Assembly (NCBI GenBank): GCA_951406725.2
Contig: OX597833.1
Location: 43,028,001 to 43,092,000, forward strand
Reading direction: 5' to 3'
DNA length: 64,000 bases
Source of the DNA: Octopus vulgaris
Lineage: Eukaryota
Positions 1 through 12,076 of this stretch are shown here, in pieces; position 1 is the stretch's first letter; every line of letters starts with the position of its first letter. The translations under genes were made by a program, and so were the position numbers. The notes under the pieces were generated by a model. It saw nothing but the letters and a program-made list of their open reading frames with translations, ran no database searches and was not told the origin of the DNA.

Positions 1-39
1 TTGAATCCAATTTTATAGTAAAATATTATATTATATTAA

Positions 40-437
40 ATTAGAGATAAAACCACTATTAGGCAAATCATACAATGAAAAACTTGAGTCAATACATAAG
101 ATTATTTAATTTATATTATTTAAATATATAACAAAATTATTAAAAAAATATAATTAATATAACACTACGATCGTTTCATGGCTGTTAATTTCTTTAAATT
201 TTCGAGTTACAGTCATTCATCAGGTGGTTTAAATATTTAAGTTGGCGAGGTTTAGATGAATGACTGTAACTCGAAAATTTAAAGAAATTAACAGCCATGA
301 AACGATCGTAGTGTTATATTAATTATAATTTTTTAAATAATTTTGTTATATATTTAAATAATATAAATTAAATAATCTTATGTATTGACTCAAGTTTTTC
401 ATTGTATGATTTGCCTAATAGTGGTTTTATCTCTAAT
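40..437. mobile_element. Fold-back inverted repeat (arms ~40-221 / ~255-437), probable Penelope-like element terminus with 5' inversion
   Basis: Arms of about 180 bp are near-perfect reverse complements around a ~33-bp spacer, contain an HHR core, and abut (TA)n on the right. Confidence 0.8.
161..228 (-). ncRNA. Minimal type-I hammerhead ribozyme motif
   Basis: Minus strand reads CAC-CUGAUGA-AUGACUG...CAGCCAU-GAAAC-GAUC-GUA^GUG: canonical core, helix II, palindromic helix III (ACGAUCGU), GUA cleavage triplet, helix I CAC/GUG. Confidence 0.8.
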
Positions 438-440
438 ATA

Positions 441-504
<64 letters not shown>

Positions 505-573
505 TTTGTTTGTTTTTGTTTTTTGTTTTTCCAGTTTCAGCTCTTGAGCTGTGGCCATGCTGGGGCACCGCCA

Positions 574-740
574 TTGTGGTGAAAGAGTACAGCAGGGATC
601 ACCACCCCCTGCCGGAGCCTCGTAGAGCTTTTAGGTGTTTTCGCTCAATAAACACACACAACGCCCGGTCTGAGAATCGAAACCGCGATCCTGCGACCGC
701 GAGTCCGCTGCCCTAAGCACTAGGCCATTGCGCCTCTACA
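574..740 (-). mobile_element. tRNA-derived SINE family C, 5' portion
   Basis: Reverse complement of the head of the full copy at 46690-47070, with A/B-box-like motifs. Confidence 0.85.
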
Positions 741-1252
741 GGCGCCTCTACATATACATATATAAATATGTATATATTTATATATATGTATGTATATATG
801 CATATGTATGTACTAGGGCTCTGGTTCGAGTATTCCAGGATTTTGAGGAATAGGGAATCACCTCAAAGACACTTATTCCCCGGTCTGCTCTGGTCCGGAG
901 TAGTAGCACCTGTCAAAGTCCCAGTTATGAATTCATTAGATATCAGAGCACGCCTACTTATTTATGTGAAGATTGGACCTGAAGGCATTGTAGAAGAAAC
1001 CTTCTTGGTTCAACTGAGAGGAAGATGACTGCAACATCCCATTGTAAGATTCGTCATCCACCTGAGCCTGGAAGACTCACAATGTGATTGCACATCTTTG
1101 ATGCAAGTGCCTCTCTAAAATAGGAAACTACGTAAATTTTCACTTCGTATTTTTGCGCAAACTGTCGTTGCAAATAGAATTGGTATAGAAACAATTGTAA
1201 CGAAGCATTAAAGATGTGTTAAATAATGTTCTTTGTCTTCTTCTTATTATTT

Positions 1253-1294
<42 letters not shown>

Positions 1295-2116
1295 TCATAC
1301 GTATTTATTACTTAACTTGATACTGCTTTTCGTACTGACTTTTTAACCTTTAACATTTTACCAAACCGCTATCTTTTAGCGTTGCACCTGACACTTTTTA
1401 CAATTTACATCTCACATAGCTATTTACTTTTCACCAACTTATTTATGACATACTTAATACAGAGTGTATTAAAATAACTGAGCAGAAACATAATTATGGA
1501 ATAAAAAAAGAACCACTTCCTTGGAAAAACATAAAACAATATCATTTGGTGTTTCTTGTTTTCCAACAAATACGGGAGATAACTCTGAATATGTTACGTT
1601 ATTTATAACTTTAACCTCGTTAGTAAAGCATGGCGTTCTCTTAGTGATATTATAATCTCTAAGTAAATGTATACGATTCTGTATTTGTTGGTATACGAAA
1701 ATAGAATTGTTTACAAGTTCAGTAATTCACAGATGTCACCCGTATGAAAAACAATAGTTTAGTGTTAACATTTTTAATGCATCGAGGATATCCCCTTACC
1801 TTCCTTGCAATTAACAATAACCCTCTTACGTTTAAACATTCACATTTGGCAGTTTTACTAATAACATTTACTTTAACCTGTTTCTAATGGCTTCTGCATC
1901 ATCATCATCATTATCGTCGTCATCATTGTCATCAACATCATTATTAGTATCACTATCATCATTAGCCCAGCGATTATCATTATCAGCACCACCACTACAA
2001 TCAACTCCACTGCCACCACCGTGCGCACTACCAACTACTACAACGTCTGCAACCGTTTCCAACATTTGCTTTCGTTAACTCTAACAAGAGTGTTCTACTA
2101 ATACTAATATAATGTA

Positions 2117-2530
2117 GGTTGGCTGAGTCGTTAGCACTCCGGGCAAAATGCTTAGCAGCATTTGGCCCGTCTTCATGTTCTGAGTTCAAATGCTGCCAAG
2201 GTCGACATAGCCTTTCGTCTCATTCAGTGTCGATAAATGATGTACCAGTTGAGCACTGGGGTCGATGTAAATCGATTTAACTTTTCCATAAAATTGCTGG
2301 CCTTGTGGCGAAATGTTAAACCAATATTAGACTTGTATAAAGCACTGAACTTAGCGGAACCGTTAGGACGTCGGACAAAATGCTTTGCGTTCTGAGTTCG
2401 AATTTTGTGGAGGTCGATTTTGCCTTTTATCCATTCGGGGTCGATAAAATAAGTACCAGTTGAACACTGGAGCCTATGTAGCGATTTATCCCTTACTCCA
2501 AAATTGCTGGTCCTGTGCCAAAATTTGCCA
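2117..2530 (+). mobile_element. Two degenerate tandem copies of SINE family A
   Basis: Matches gttagcac..gttctgagttcaaat..gcctttcatcc..gtcgataaa..gtaccag core seen at 9138 and 41836. Confidence 0.8.
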
Positions 2531-3879
2531 GGCATTGTAAAACTAGTGTTGTGCCACAGTCTTCGGAGATGTATTTGCAGATACACACACACACACACAT
2601 ACACACACGCACGCACACGCACACACACATATATACACTTATATAACTTACATACACTACCATAAAACGTGCCTGTGTTTGTGTGTGTGTAGAAAAAGCA
2701 TAAGATCATATGGTTTGCTGTCGTTGCGTTTTTCTTGTTATTGTTGCTGGTAAACTTTGTATTGCTCACTGCATGCATTTATTAGGATAATGGATAGAAT
2801 TAGCAATCGGATATCCTTTCAAATGGCATTAACCAATTCCCAACTACAAAAGCTAACTAAACAGCGTCGGGCAGGCACGTGTGTAGAAATATAAATATAA
2901 ATATAAATATGTGTGTGTGTGTGTGTGTGTGTGTGTACATATGCTTGTGAACATATATGTCACTTTAGCTCTTATACTTGCTTCAGCTATTAGACCAAGG
3001 CAATGTTAAGGCACCGCACCGAAGTATTTAGTCAAAACAACCTAACCCCTGTAATTTTACTTCTTTATGTGTGAAACTCATTCTATCAATTTCTTTTTGC
3101 CGACCATCCAAGTTAATATATACAAGACACGTATAGGAACTCATAGTAAAGATAAGAATTGAAAGAATGAAAGCGAGTCCACATTTAGTTCTTCACCAAT
3201 AGCTATATAAAAGGACTGTGGTTAAAGTTAGGATAAACCTTAGCGTAATTTCGAGAATCCAGGAATTCAAATGTTGCAAAGTATTTGCATAAATAGAGGA
3301 GCTAAGAAATGTGAAATGAGAGAATAGATGTGCATTCCATTAGTTTACAGCCGTTTCATAATCATGAATCATAGCTGCATATTCCATTACTCCAAAATTA
3401 TATGTAGATACTTGTGTGAGACATTCATAAGAGTTGGAAAATACTGAAAAATAGCTTTTGAAAAATAGTTAATTGTCAAAATAGGGGATTGTAAAGAAAC
3501 TTTAGGCATTATTAACTCACCATTACACGTGTTTCATTTGCTAATATGAGTTACAAAATTGTATATGTAGGATAAACATGTTAGACATCTCCTATTTGAA
3601 ATAGAATGAAACCATATTATTCGAATTTCTATCGTATAAATTCGTGGTAGCTAGCTCATAAAGTAGTACTCAATACATAAATACCACATGGAGAGAATGG
3701 TATGCTGTTGGGTGTGGTTAATACTTCGTGGTTGAAAAATACCGACGTTTTCTTGATATCTGAGGGGTCTTTCCAGAGTAGAGGGAGAAGAGGAATGAGC
3801 AAGGAGACGAGATGTTACTGAAAGCCGTCGAGTGAATCCATCCGTTAATTTTTTTGTCAGTTATTTTATTTTTATTCAT

Positions 3880-4674
3880 TTCTGTTTTCATTAGCACCTC
3901 CACATGAATACAAAACACGCACGCACATGCAGGAGTTGTCTCACACCTTTTCAGAAGCAGGAACGAGTCAATTGCTCCCAGGCTCTTTTGGCAATGTGTC
4001 AGGAAAGTGGGGAGGACATTTTCGGCAGACTTATCACACAGGACGAAACATGGGCCTGTCACTATGTTCCTGAGCCTAAAGTCCAATAGAAGCAATGGAA
4101 GCATGATAACACATCACCTCTAAAGAAGGCTCATTTCCAACACTCAGCAGGCAAAGTGATCCTCAGTCTTTTGAGACCAGCGCGTATTGATGATAGATTT
4201 TCTGGCAAAGGGCACCACAATTATCGGGGTATATTCTGCGTTTCTGTTTCAGAAATTATGGGACGCCATCAATCTAGAGAGGTGTTGCGTGCTGACCAAA
4301 GGAACCGCCTCCTCCGAGACAACGCCCCAGTTCACAAAGCGCATGCTGTCCAGAGGAAAGCTTACTCCTGCAGCTATGAAATAATTCTTCGTCCCCCTTC
4401 TGACTTCTACCTCTTTCCAATCATGAAGTCTTTTTTGAAGGGGAAGCACTTTTCGGATGATGATGAACTTATTTCCGAGGTAAAGTCTTGGCTCCAGACA
4501 CAACATACCGACTTCTACAGACGAGGTCTTCACAGCTGCATAAAGCGATGGCAGAAGTTTGTCACCGTTGGTGGTAGCTATGTAGAGAAGGACTAATAAA
4601 TATGCCTAATTTCGTTTATCTCAGGCTTAGGCTTTGGGAAGTGGGTCGGGGACACCTGTAATGAATACCCCTCG
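3880..4674 (+). mobile_element. 5'-truncated mariner transposon with disrupted transposase
   Basis: ORF fragments with ITQDETW, RDNAPVH, PSDFYLF and C-terminal GGSYVEKD; 3' TIR ending ..atacccctcg; same family as 51909-53128. Confidence 0.9.
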
Positions 4675-5619
4675 TGTGTGTGTATATAGATATACATATA
4701 TATGTGTGTGTGTGTGTGTATACGCATACACATATATACACACACATATATACTTGTATGTATGTATGCCTGTATGTATACGTAACGGTCTACGGCATGC
4801 ACCAATTTAATCATTTCTAATTTGTAATTATTTTCAAAGATATACAAACGCATCTGAGGTTCTTTCAAATTACTCGTTCTCCATGTTGCACTGATTGCAA
4901 TCAGCGCTGCCTAGAGTTCTGAATTAAGAGGGACTGATTACTGTAGTGCCGAGGATGTAAGTCAGGGGGAAGAAGATTCATAAGTACCATTGACAAATAA
5001 CCACGGTTTGCTGAACGTCAATAATCATACCCAATTTATTAATCGGACTCGTGAACGCTCCCTTCATTGACAGATTTAGAGAAGAATGTTGTCGGGGTTA
5101 ATGCGAACATTTTCTGACATAGAAACTGTAGTGTCATGACCTATTCTTATATGTTGGTAGTTTGTTTCCGATTGTATTCACGGGCATTCTATGTTGTTTC
5201 CGAGATCACGGGGAGCGAATTAGCTAGCCAATTAATTTAGTGATTTTTAATATCTCATCTCTACGTTGTATACACAAATACATCATTGCTTCATCCTGGT
5301 TAAACAGACATGGTTGGAAGCATTCTAGTCATGGTAACTCTATTACGAGGCATTCTAGTCACGGTTTGCCTGTTACAGTTAAATCTGGTGTTGTTCATGT
5401 TCTTGTTTAATCCCAGATGAACCATGATGAAGCAGACCTACGTACGTCCCTACATACATACAAACATATGCATGTACATATAACTCTTCGTTCTTTGTTC
5501 ATTTCCCAAGCGTTAAACTAATACACCTGTTTGTTGTTCCTACACCTGTCTTCCACTTCTGCTTTCTGTAAATCTGAACTAAATATATGTACACACACAC
5601 ACACACATATATATACACG

Positions 5620-6320
5620 CAATACGTACATACATACAAACAAACATTTATAGATATGGCGTGACTGTGCGGTTTTATTGCGGTTTTATACCTTTGTAAT
5701 AACTCATTTTTCGTAAGCAGTCTAGTCAAACTACATCCACTTAGTCATATCACTCTAACCTATCATACTCACCATTCCTCCACATTTTACTTATATAATT
5801 CTTAATTTAATCTAATTTAATTTAATCTAATTTAGGCTAATCGAATCAAGTCTCAGTATTAATTTTTACTCTCCTACCTACCCATAGTTAACCATGGCTT
5901 ATTTGTTTCTATGTTTTATGCAGTTATATATTTTTTATCTAGTTTGTTTTTATGTTATCTGTTAACCACTAACCAACCATAACACCGTCGTGGCCTTTCA
6001 AAAAAAATTGCTGCCCAATTAGGCTACGGGACTGTCCATAACCCCCTCTCCATTACCCATATGGGTGCAGCAACTTGTTAACCCAAAAATAACGGAAGCA
6101 AATACAGTATCTTGGTCACTACCCGGATATTTACTTCTTTTAATACTAACTGCTATCATAACTATTAGTATAATCTTTCACCCCCGTAATGGGGACCATA
6201 ATCCCATGCCCTCAACTGTAAACATATCGTAAGATTATATGTATGTATATATTCATATCCCAGAGAAATACGAACCACTACAGGAATCCACCCTTCTAAC
6301 GCATGAAATGTGCGTGTGTC

Positions 6321-6352
<32 letters not shown>

Positions 6353-6399
6353 CATTTCATGCGTTAGAGGGTTCCACCCTTCTAACGCATGAAATGTGC

Positions 6400-6440
<41 letters not shown>

Positions 6441-7120
6441 CATTTCATGCGTTAGGAAGGGTGGATTCCTGTAGTGGTTCGTATTTCTCTGGGATATGAA
6501 TATACACATACATATAATCTTACGATATGTTTACAGTTGAGGGCATGGGATTATGGTCCCCATTACGGGGTTGAAAGATTATACTAATAGTTATGATAGC
6601 AGTTAGTATTAAAAGAAGTAAATATCCGGGTAGTGACCAAGATACTGTATTTGCTTCCGTTATTTTTGGGTTAACAAGTTGCTGCACCCATATGGGTAAT
6701 GGAGAGGGGGTTATGGACAGTCCCGTAGCCTAATTGGGCAGCAGTTTTTTTTTTTGAAAGGCCACGACGGTGTTATGGTTGGTTAGTGGTTAACAGATAA
6801 CATAAAAAAAAACTAGATAAAAATATATAGATGCATAAAAACATAAAAACATAAAAACAATTAAGCCATGGTTAACTATGGGTAGGTAGGAGAGTAAAAA
6901 TTAATACTGAGACTTGATTCGATTAGATTAAATTAGATTAAATTAAGAATTATATAAGTTAAATGTGGATGAATAGATGGGTTAGTGAGTATGATAGGTT
7001 AGAGTGATATGACTCAGTGGGTATGGTTTGACTAGACTGCTTACGAAAAATGAGTTATTACAAAGGTATAAAACCGCAATAAAACTGCACAGTCACGCCA
7101 TATGTATAAATATTTGTTTG
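5620..7120. repeat. ~1.5-kb imperfect palindrome with duplicated hairpin centre
   Basis: 5620-6290 is the reverse complement of 6460-7120; ORFs 5499..5729(-) and 7028..7522(+) both begin MTRLLTKNELLQRYKTAIK. Confidence 0.9.
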
Positions 7121-7328
7121 TATGTATGCATGTATGTATGTATGTATGTATGTATGTATGTATGTATGTATGTATGTATGTATGTATGTATGTATGCATG
7201 CATGTATGTATGTATGTATGTGTGTGTGTATGTATGTATGTATGTATTTATGTATGTATGTATGTACATGTATCCGTATTTTTGTGTATGTATGCGTGTA
7301 TATGTGTGTGTGTATGTGTGTGTACATA

Positions 7329-7396
<68 letters not shown>

Positions 7397-7418
7397 TGTA
7401 TATATATATATATATATA

Positions 7419-7790
7419 TTGTTATATTTCGGAATGGTCATATTGCCAGTTTAGCCAATAAAAACACACGCACTATATATTTGGTGTTATTTTGCTTCAG
7501 TGTTATTTATTTTTTACATTAATCTTAATCTTATTTCGGCCAGAATTCTTTCGTCACCCTCCTGTGACCGCATCAGTGGTCCTTTGTTTTCTTCTTTCTT
7601 ATTTGTGTCTCTCCTTACTAACCGTCAGCCATTTTGTGATGCGGTCACAGGAGTGTGACGAAAGAACTCTGGCCGAAATAAGATTAAGATTAATGTAAAA
7701 AATAAATAACACTGAAGCAAAATAACACCAAATAGTGCGTGTGTTTTTATTGGCTAAACTGGCAATATGACCATTCCGAAATATAACAAT
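7419..7790. mobile_element. Fold-back inverted repeat (arms 7419-7575 / 7637-7790), probable PLE terminus
   Basis: Arms of about 155 bp around a 61-bp spacer, flanked by (TA)n; HHR-like motif at the inner ends. Confidence 0.75.
7538..7582 (-). ncRNA. Hammerhead-like motif with variant core (CUGAUGCG)
   Basis: GGACCA-CUGAUGCG-GUCAC..GUGAC-GAAAG-AA-UUC^UGGCC; helices I and II and a minimal helix III can form; A9 position reads C. Confidence 0.55.
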
Positions 7791-8111
7791 ATCTGTTTCA
7801 ACACACGACTTCACATAAAAAATCTTGCACAACATATATATATATATATATATAACTTTTCATTTCTACAAAACTGTACTCCTCTCAAACTCTATTGCTT
7901 ACTTCGATTCTTCTCTTATTTCTCTTCGTATACATTCTCTACTAAGAATATTGTACTACACCAAATAATAACTGATTCTGTTGTATGTGTGTACACGCGT
8001 ATATGTATATGTGTATATATATATGTGTGTGTATATATTATGTGAGTATATATATGTATATTTATATATACATAAGTTAGCCCTCTGAACTTCTTAGACC
8101 CTCTTCTAAAC

Positions 8112-8241
8112 TCTCAGACGAAGGCTAGAGGCACACCCAAGTACCCTAATTTTTATCTACCGAACACTACAATACACTGAAAAGATGGATGAAAATATAC
8201 ATGTGGGGTACAGTGGTCTTTTGGCAGAAACAGCTGTAAGA
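8112..8241 (+). ncRNA. Degenerate hammerhead motif with long helix II insertion (PLE remnant, ~8075-8410)
   Basis: UCU-CAGACGA-AGGCUAGAGG..~80 nt..UCUUUUGGCA-GAAAC-AGCU-GUA^AGA; palindromic helix III ACAGCUGU; U4 position reads A. Confidence 0.5.
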
Positions 8242-8559
8242 AACTGCTCTTCTTTCTCTATTCTAGAAATTACTGGTACTTTATATGTAGAACACAATCT
8301 TTACACATGTATATATATTCTCAGAATTGTTCAGAATAAATAAAGAGACATAATATAATGTCTAATAGTTGATGCATGTTACCTCTTGATCCCCTCCATT
8401 TTATTCTTGCTATATAAATTAAGGGTAAAACCACTTGCTACGCTCGCCCATTTATTACGCTCAGTATTGTAATTGCCACACAATAACCAACACTTCTGTA
8501 TTAAAAATTGGGTATTCTACCAGCAGTATATTGGATATATATATATATACATATATATA

Positions 8560-8860
8560 TTAGAAGAAATGAGGTACTCAGAAATTCAGATGGTTTTATA
8601 TTTACAGATATTTATTTGTATATTACATGTTTTTATACATCATATATCATATAAAATATACCATATATTAGTGCTTTCGTCCATTTTAGTGGAGTTGTCA
8701 AATTGAACTAATTGAACTAAGTTAGTTCAATTTGAAAACTCCACTAGAATAGACGAAAGCGCTATTATATGATATATGATATATGATGTATAAAAACATG
8801 TAATATACAAATAAATATCTGTAAATATAAAACCATCCGAATTTCTGAGATTTCTTCTAA
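8560..8860. mobile_element. Fold-back inverted repeat with 3' half of an HHR core
   Basis: Arms ~8560-8710 / ~8723-8860; right arm has GAAAG-CG-CUA (palindromic AGCGCU) at 8755-8764; preceded by (TA)n. Confidence 0.7.
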
Positions 8861-9137
8861 TATAAAATACCTGTACATCATCTCCAAGCCTTCTAATATA
8901 TATATGCATATAAGTTATACTATGAGTGTGTGTGGTGGAGTGTGTGCTTGTGTATGTGTGTGTATAATACCTATCTTTAATGAAGGCGATATCAAATACG
9001 TGGGCGGTTCAAAAGTGAACACTATCTAGGTTACTATTTCTATATGCTGATTATTTCGTTTAGAATTTCACGTGTTTTCGATTTTAAAGTGCGGACTTTA
9101 CACTTGAAGTTGTTATTAAGCAGTATAAGCTCCAATA

Positions 9138-9354
9138 AGGCGGCGAGCTGGTAGAATCGTTAGCACGCCGGGCGAAATGCTTAGCAGTATTTCGCCTGCG
9201 GTTATGTTCTGAGTTCAAATTCCGCCGAGGTCGACTTTGCCTTTCATCCTTTCGGGGTCGATTAAATAAGTACCAGTTACGCACTGGGGTCAATATAATT
9301 GACTTAATCCGTTTGTCCCCTCTGTGTTTAGACCTTTGTGGGTAGTAAAGAAAT
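9138..9354 (+). mobile_element. tRNA-derived SINE family A (Nin/Deu-like central domain) with TSD
   Basis: Head ggcggcgagctggtagaa, B-box-like gagttcaaattcc, core gcctttcatcctttcggggtcga; 15-bp TSD agtataagctccaat at 9122-9136 and 9355-9369. Confidence 0.92.
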
Positions 9355-9587
9355 AGTATAAGCTCCAATGCGTGGCAAGAAAAAGAGAGACAAATAAAAC
9401 AAAGATTTTTTTTGTAGGCGGAGGAAAGTACGTTGTTTCTAGTTCACTCCCTTTTCACAGCACCTTGCACAAACGTGTCTTTCTAGAGCTTCGGACCGAC
9501 CAATGCATAGCAAGTGAATGTGGTAGACAGAAATATGTGTGTGTGTGTGTGTGTGTGTGTATAGAGAGAGATAGGTAGGTAGATATA

Positions 9588-9681
<94 letters not shown>

Positions 9682-9705
9682 CATATATGATATTGCCTAT
9701 CAGAT

Positions 9706-9917
9706 AAAGGCAGAGAGCTGACAGAATCTTTAGCACACCGGATAAAATGCTTTCACCCTTCTTTACGTTCTGAGTTCAAATTCCGTGGAGGTCGACTTTA
9801 CCTTTCACCCCTTTCGAGGCTGATAAAAATAGTATCAGTTGAGGACTACGGTCGATAAAATCGACTTTTCTCTTCCACGAAATTGCTGGCATCGTGCCAA
9901 AATTTGAAACCAATATT
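9706..9917 (+). mobile_element. SINE family A, diverged copy with alternative tail
   Basis: Same head and core; tail aaattgctggc..gccaaaatttgaaaccaatatt. Confidence 0.85.
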
Positions 9918-10670
9918 TCCTCTCAGATATATAGAAATCTAAATATTATATTTGTAGCCATACAGCATATTATCCTTACTATTTCCGAAAAGTATTCCGT
10001 CTAAAATGATTTTAAAATTTTAAACTAAATATCTCCGAAAGGTTAACTTGTGAGCCTAACAATCGAATCGTATAATTTTAATACAACCGACTCTCATTCA
10101 GCTCCGGTTTATTCAAGAGAAACTGGTTGGAAAATAAATCTTCCGTTTAAAGAATTTTGTTGCTCAAACGTCTAGTGTGACCAACTGGTCCCGAAAGAGA
10201 ACAAAGCAAGAATTTGTTACGGCTAATTTTTGTCTGCATCATTAGATAACGGATTTCTTGTGTGTGTGTTGTTGTTGTTGTTGTTGTTGTTTTAGTTGCG
10301 GTTGCGGTTGCGGTAGCTGTTGTTGCTCTTGTTGTATTGTATTTCTTAATGCTGTGTAGTGAAAGAGAAAATATAGGAGAGCAGGAGCGGGAGAAAATAA
10401 TAGAACGACAGTGAAAAATTCAAACGGATAAATAGGCAGAGTGAGGCAAAGAGTGAGAGAGACAGAGATAGATAGATAGAGAGAGAGATAGATAGATAGA
10501 GATAGAAAGAGAGACAGAGAGAAGGAGAAAGAGCGAAAGAAAGAGAGAAAGAAAGAGAAAGAAAGGGAGAGAGAGAGAGAGAGAGAGACAGAGAGACAGA
10601 GAGACAGAGAGAGAGAGAGAGGGCAAGAGAGATTGGTAGTTCAACAAGTTTATTTTTGCGTCTAGGTAAT

Positions 10671-10895
10671 AAGGCAGTGAGCTGGCAGAAACGTTAGCAT
10701 ACTGGGCGAAATGCATAGTTGTATTTCGTCTGCCGTTACGTCCTGAGTTCAAATTCCGCCAACGTCGACTTTGCCTTTCATCCTTTCGGGGTCGATTAAA
10801 TAAGTACCAGTTACGCACTGGGGTCGATGTAATCGACTTAATCTATTTGTTTGTCCTCTCTGTGTTTAGCCCCTTGTGGGTAGTAAAGAAATAGG
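10671..10895 (+). mobile_element. SINE family A
   Basis: Close match to the 9138 copy including the tail gccccttgtgggtagtaaagaaatag. Confidence 0.9.
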
Positions 10896-11159
10896 TAGTG
10901 AGAGTGATGGTATCAGTGTTACTGTTAGTGATCTTAGTCTTGTTGCATTGTTGTTGTTGTTTAGCCCTGGGTCAATTCTGTTTGATAATCTTGTGCAAAA
11001 GCTCTTCGGCTGCGACCACCACTCATTACAGTTATACAGAACTACATTATACAATGTGTTCTTCCTTTTGTAAAATGGTACAATTTAATTTGAGGGAGAA
11101 TTAGCGACCCTTGGTTGATCGTAGTGTTAGTGAGGCTTTTGCTGTTGTTGTTTGTGGTG

Positions 11160-11332
11160 ATAAAAACCGGTATTGGTTTGTTTACATGCCTTTAGCTTAG
11201 TGATTCAGCAAAGCAAAAAGAATAAGACCACACTTAAAAAAAAATATGTAGTGGGTGGATTTGTTTGGCTAAACTCTTCAAGGCGATGTCCCAGCATGGC
11301 CGCAGCTAAATGACTGACACAAATAAAAGATT
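11160..11332 (+). mobile_element. SINE family B 3' fragment
   Basis: cagcatggccgcagctaaatgactgacacaaataaaaga matches the family B tail. Confidence 0.7.
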
Positions 11333-11471
11333 AAATATGGGGGGAAATAATAAAATACACATTTCCGTAAGCAGAAAGAGAAATATCGGTTCAACTAGTT
11401 TCATTTCTATTTAGAACCTCTGCCAGAATCCACGCACAAGTCTATTGTATGTGCACGCATGCATTTATGCA

Positions 11472-11526
<55 letters not shown>

Positions 11527-11529
11527 CAT

Positions 11530-12076
11530 ACAAGGAAAACGTCCCCCCTGTTTAATGAACGGTGCTGAATCATATCTGCTGAATAAAAAGCAATCAGTGT
11601 TTTCTTTTCATTAAAAAATAATTAAGCATGCCTTTATTTCAATAAAATTTTGGGTTTTGTTAAACGAAGTTAAGGCAAAAAAAATTCTTGAAAAACCAAA
11701 TAGTCTTTCCTTCCTTCATGCCAAGTTTGAAGAAAATATCGCTTTTGCATCTTACTTTTTGGGTCTCTTAAATATACTGCATTTTGTGGCATTATTTCAA
11801 GCCAGCCGGCTTTTTTTGCGCAAACTGCACGTGCCTTTTTCTCGCGTACGCGTAGTATCGATCGCAACAGCTGATGTACTTGCGAGTACAAATGCAGGTT
11901 CCCACGGCTTTATCGATTGCATTCTCACCTGGAATCGATTTTTGTAATTTTTCAAGACTTATACACGCCCTGATACCGTCGGTATCTACATATCAAATTT
12001 GAGTGCAATCGGATGGAGGATGCCCGAGACCCTAGAAGACACACACACACAGACGAACAGAACGGATTTTATATAG
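11530..12076 (-). mobile_element. Possible non-autonomous Helitron-like element
   Basis: Right end ..caaatttgagtgcaatcggatg..acagac..ttttatatag resembles small rolling-circle element ends; next to (TA)n; no CTAG terminus found. Confidence 0.4.
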
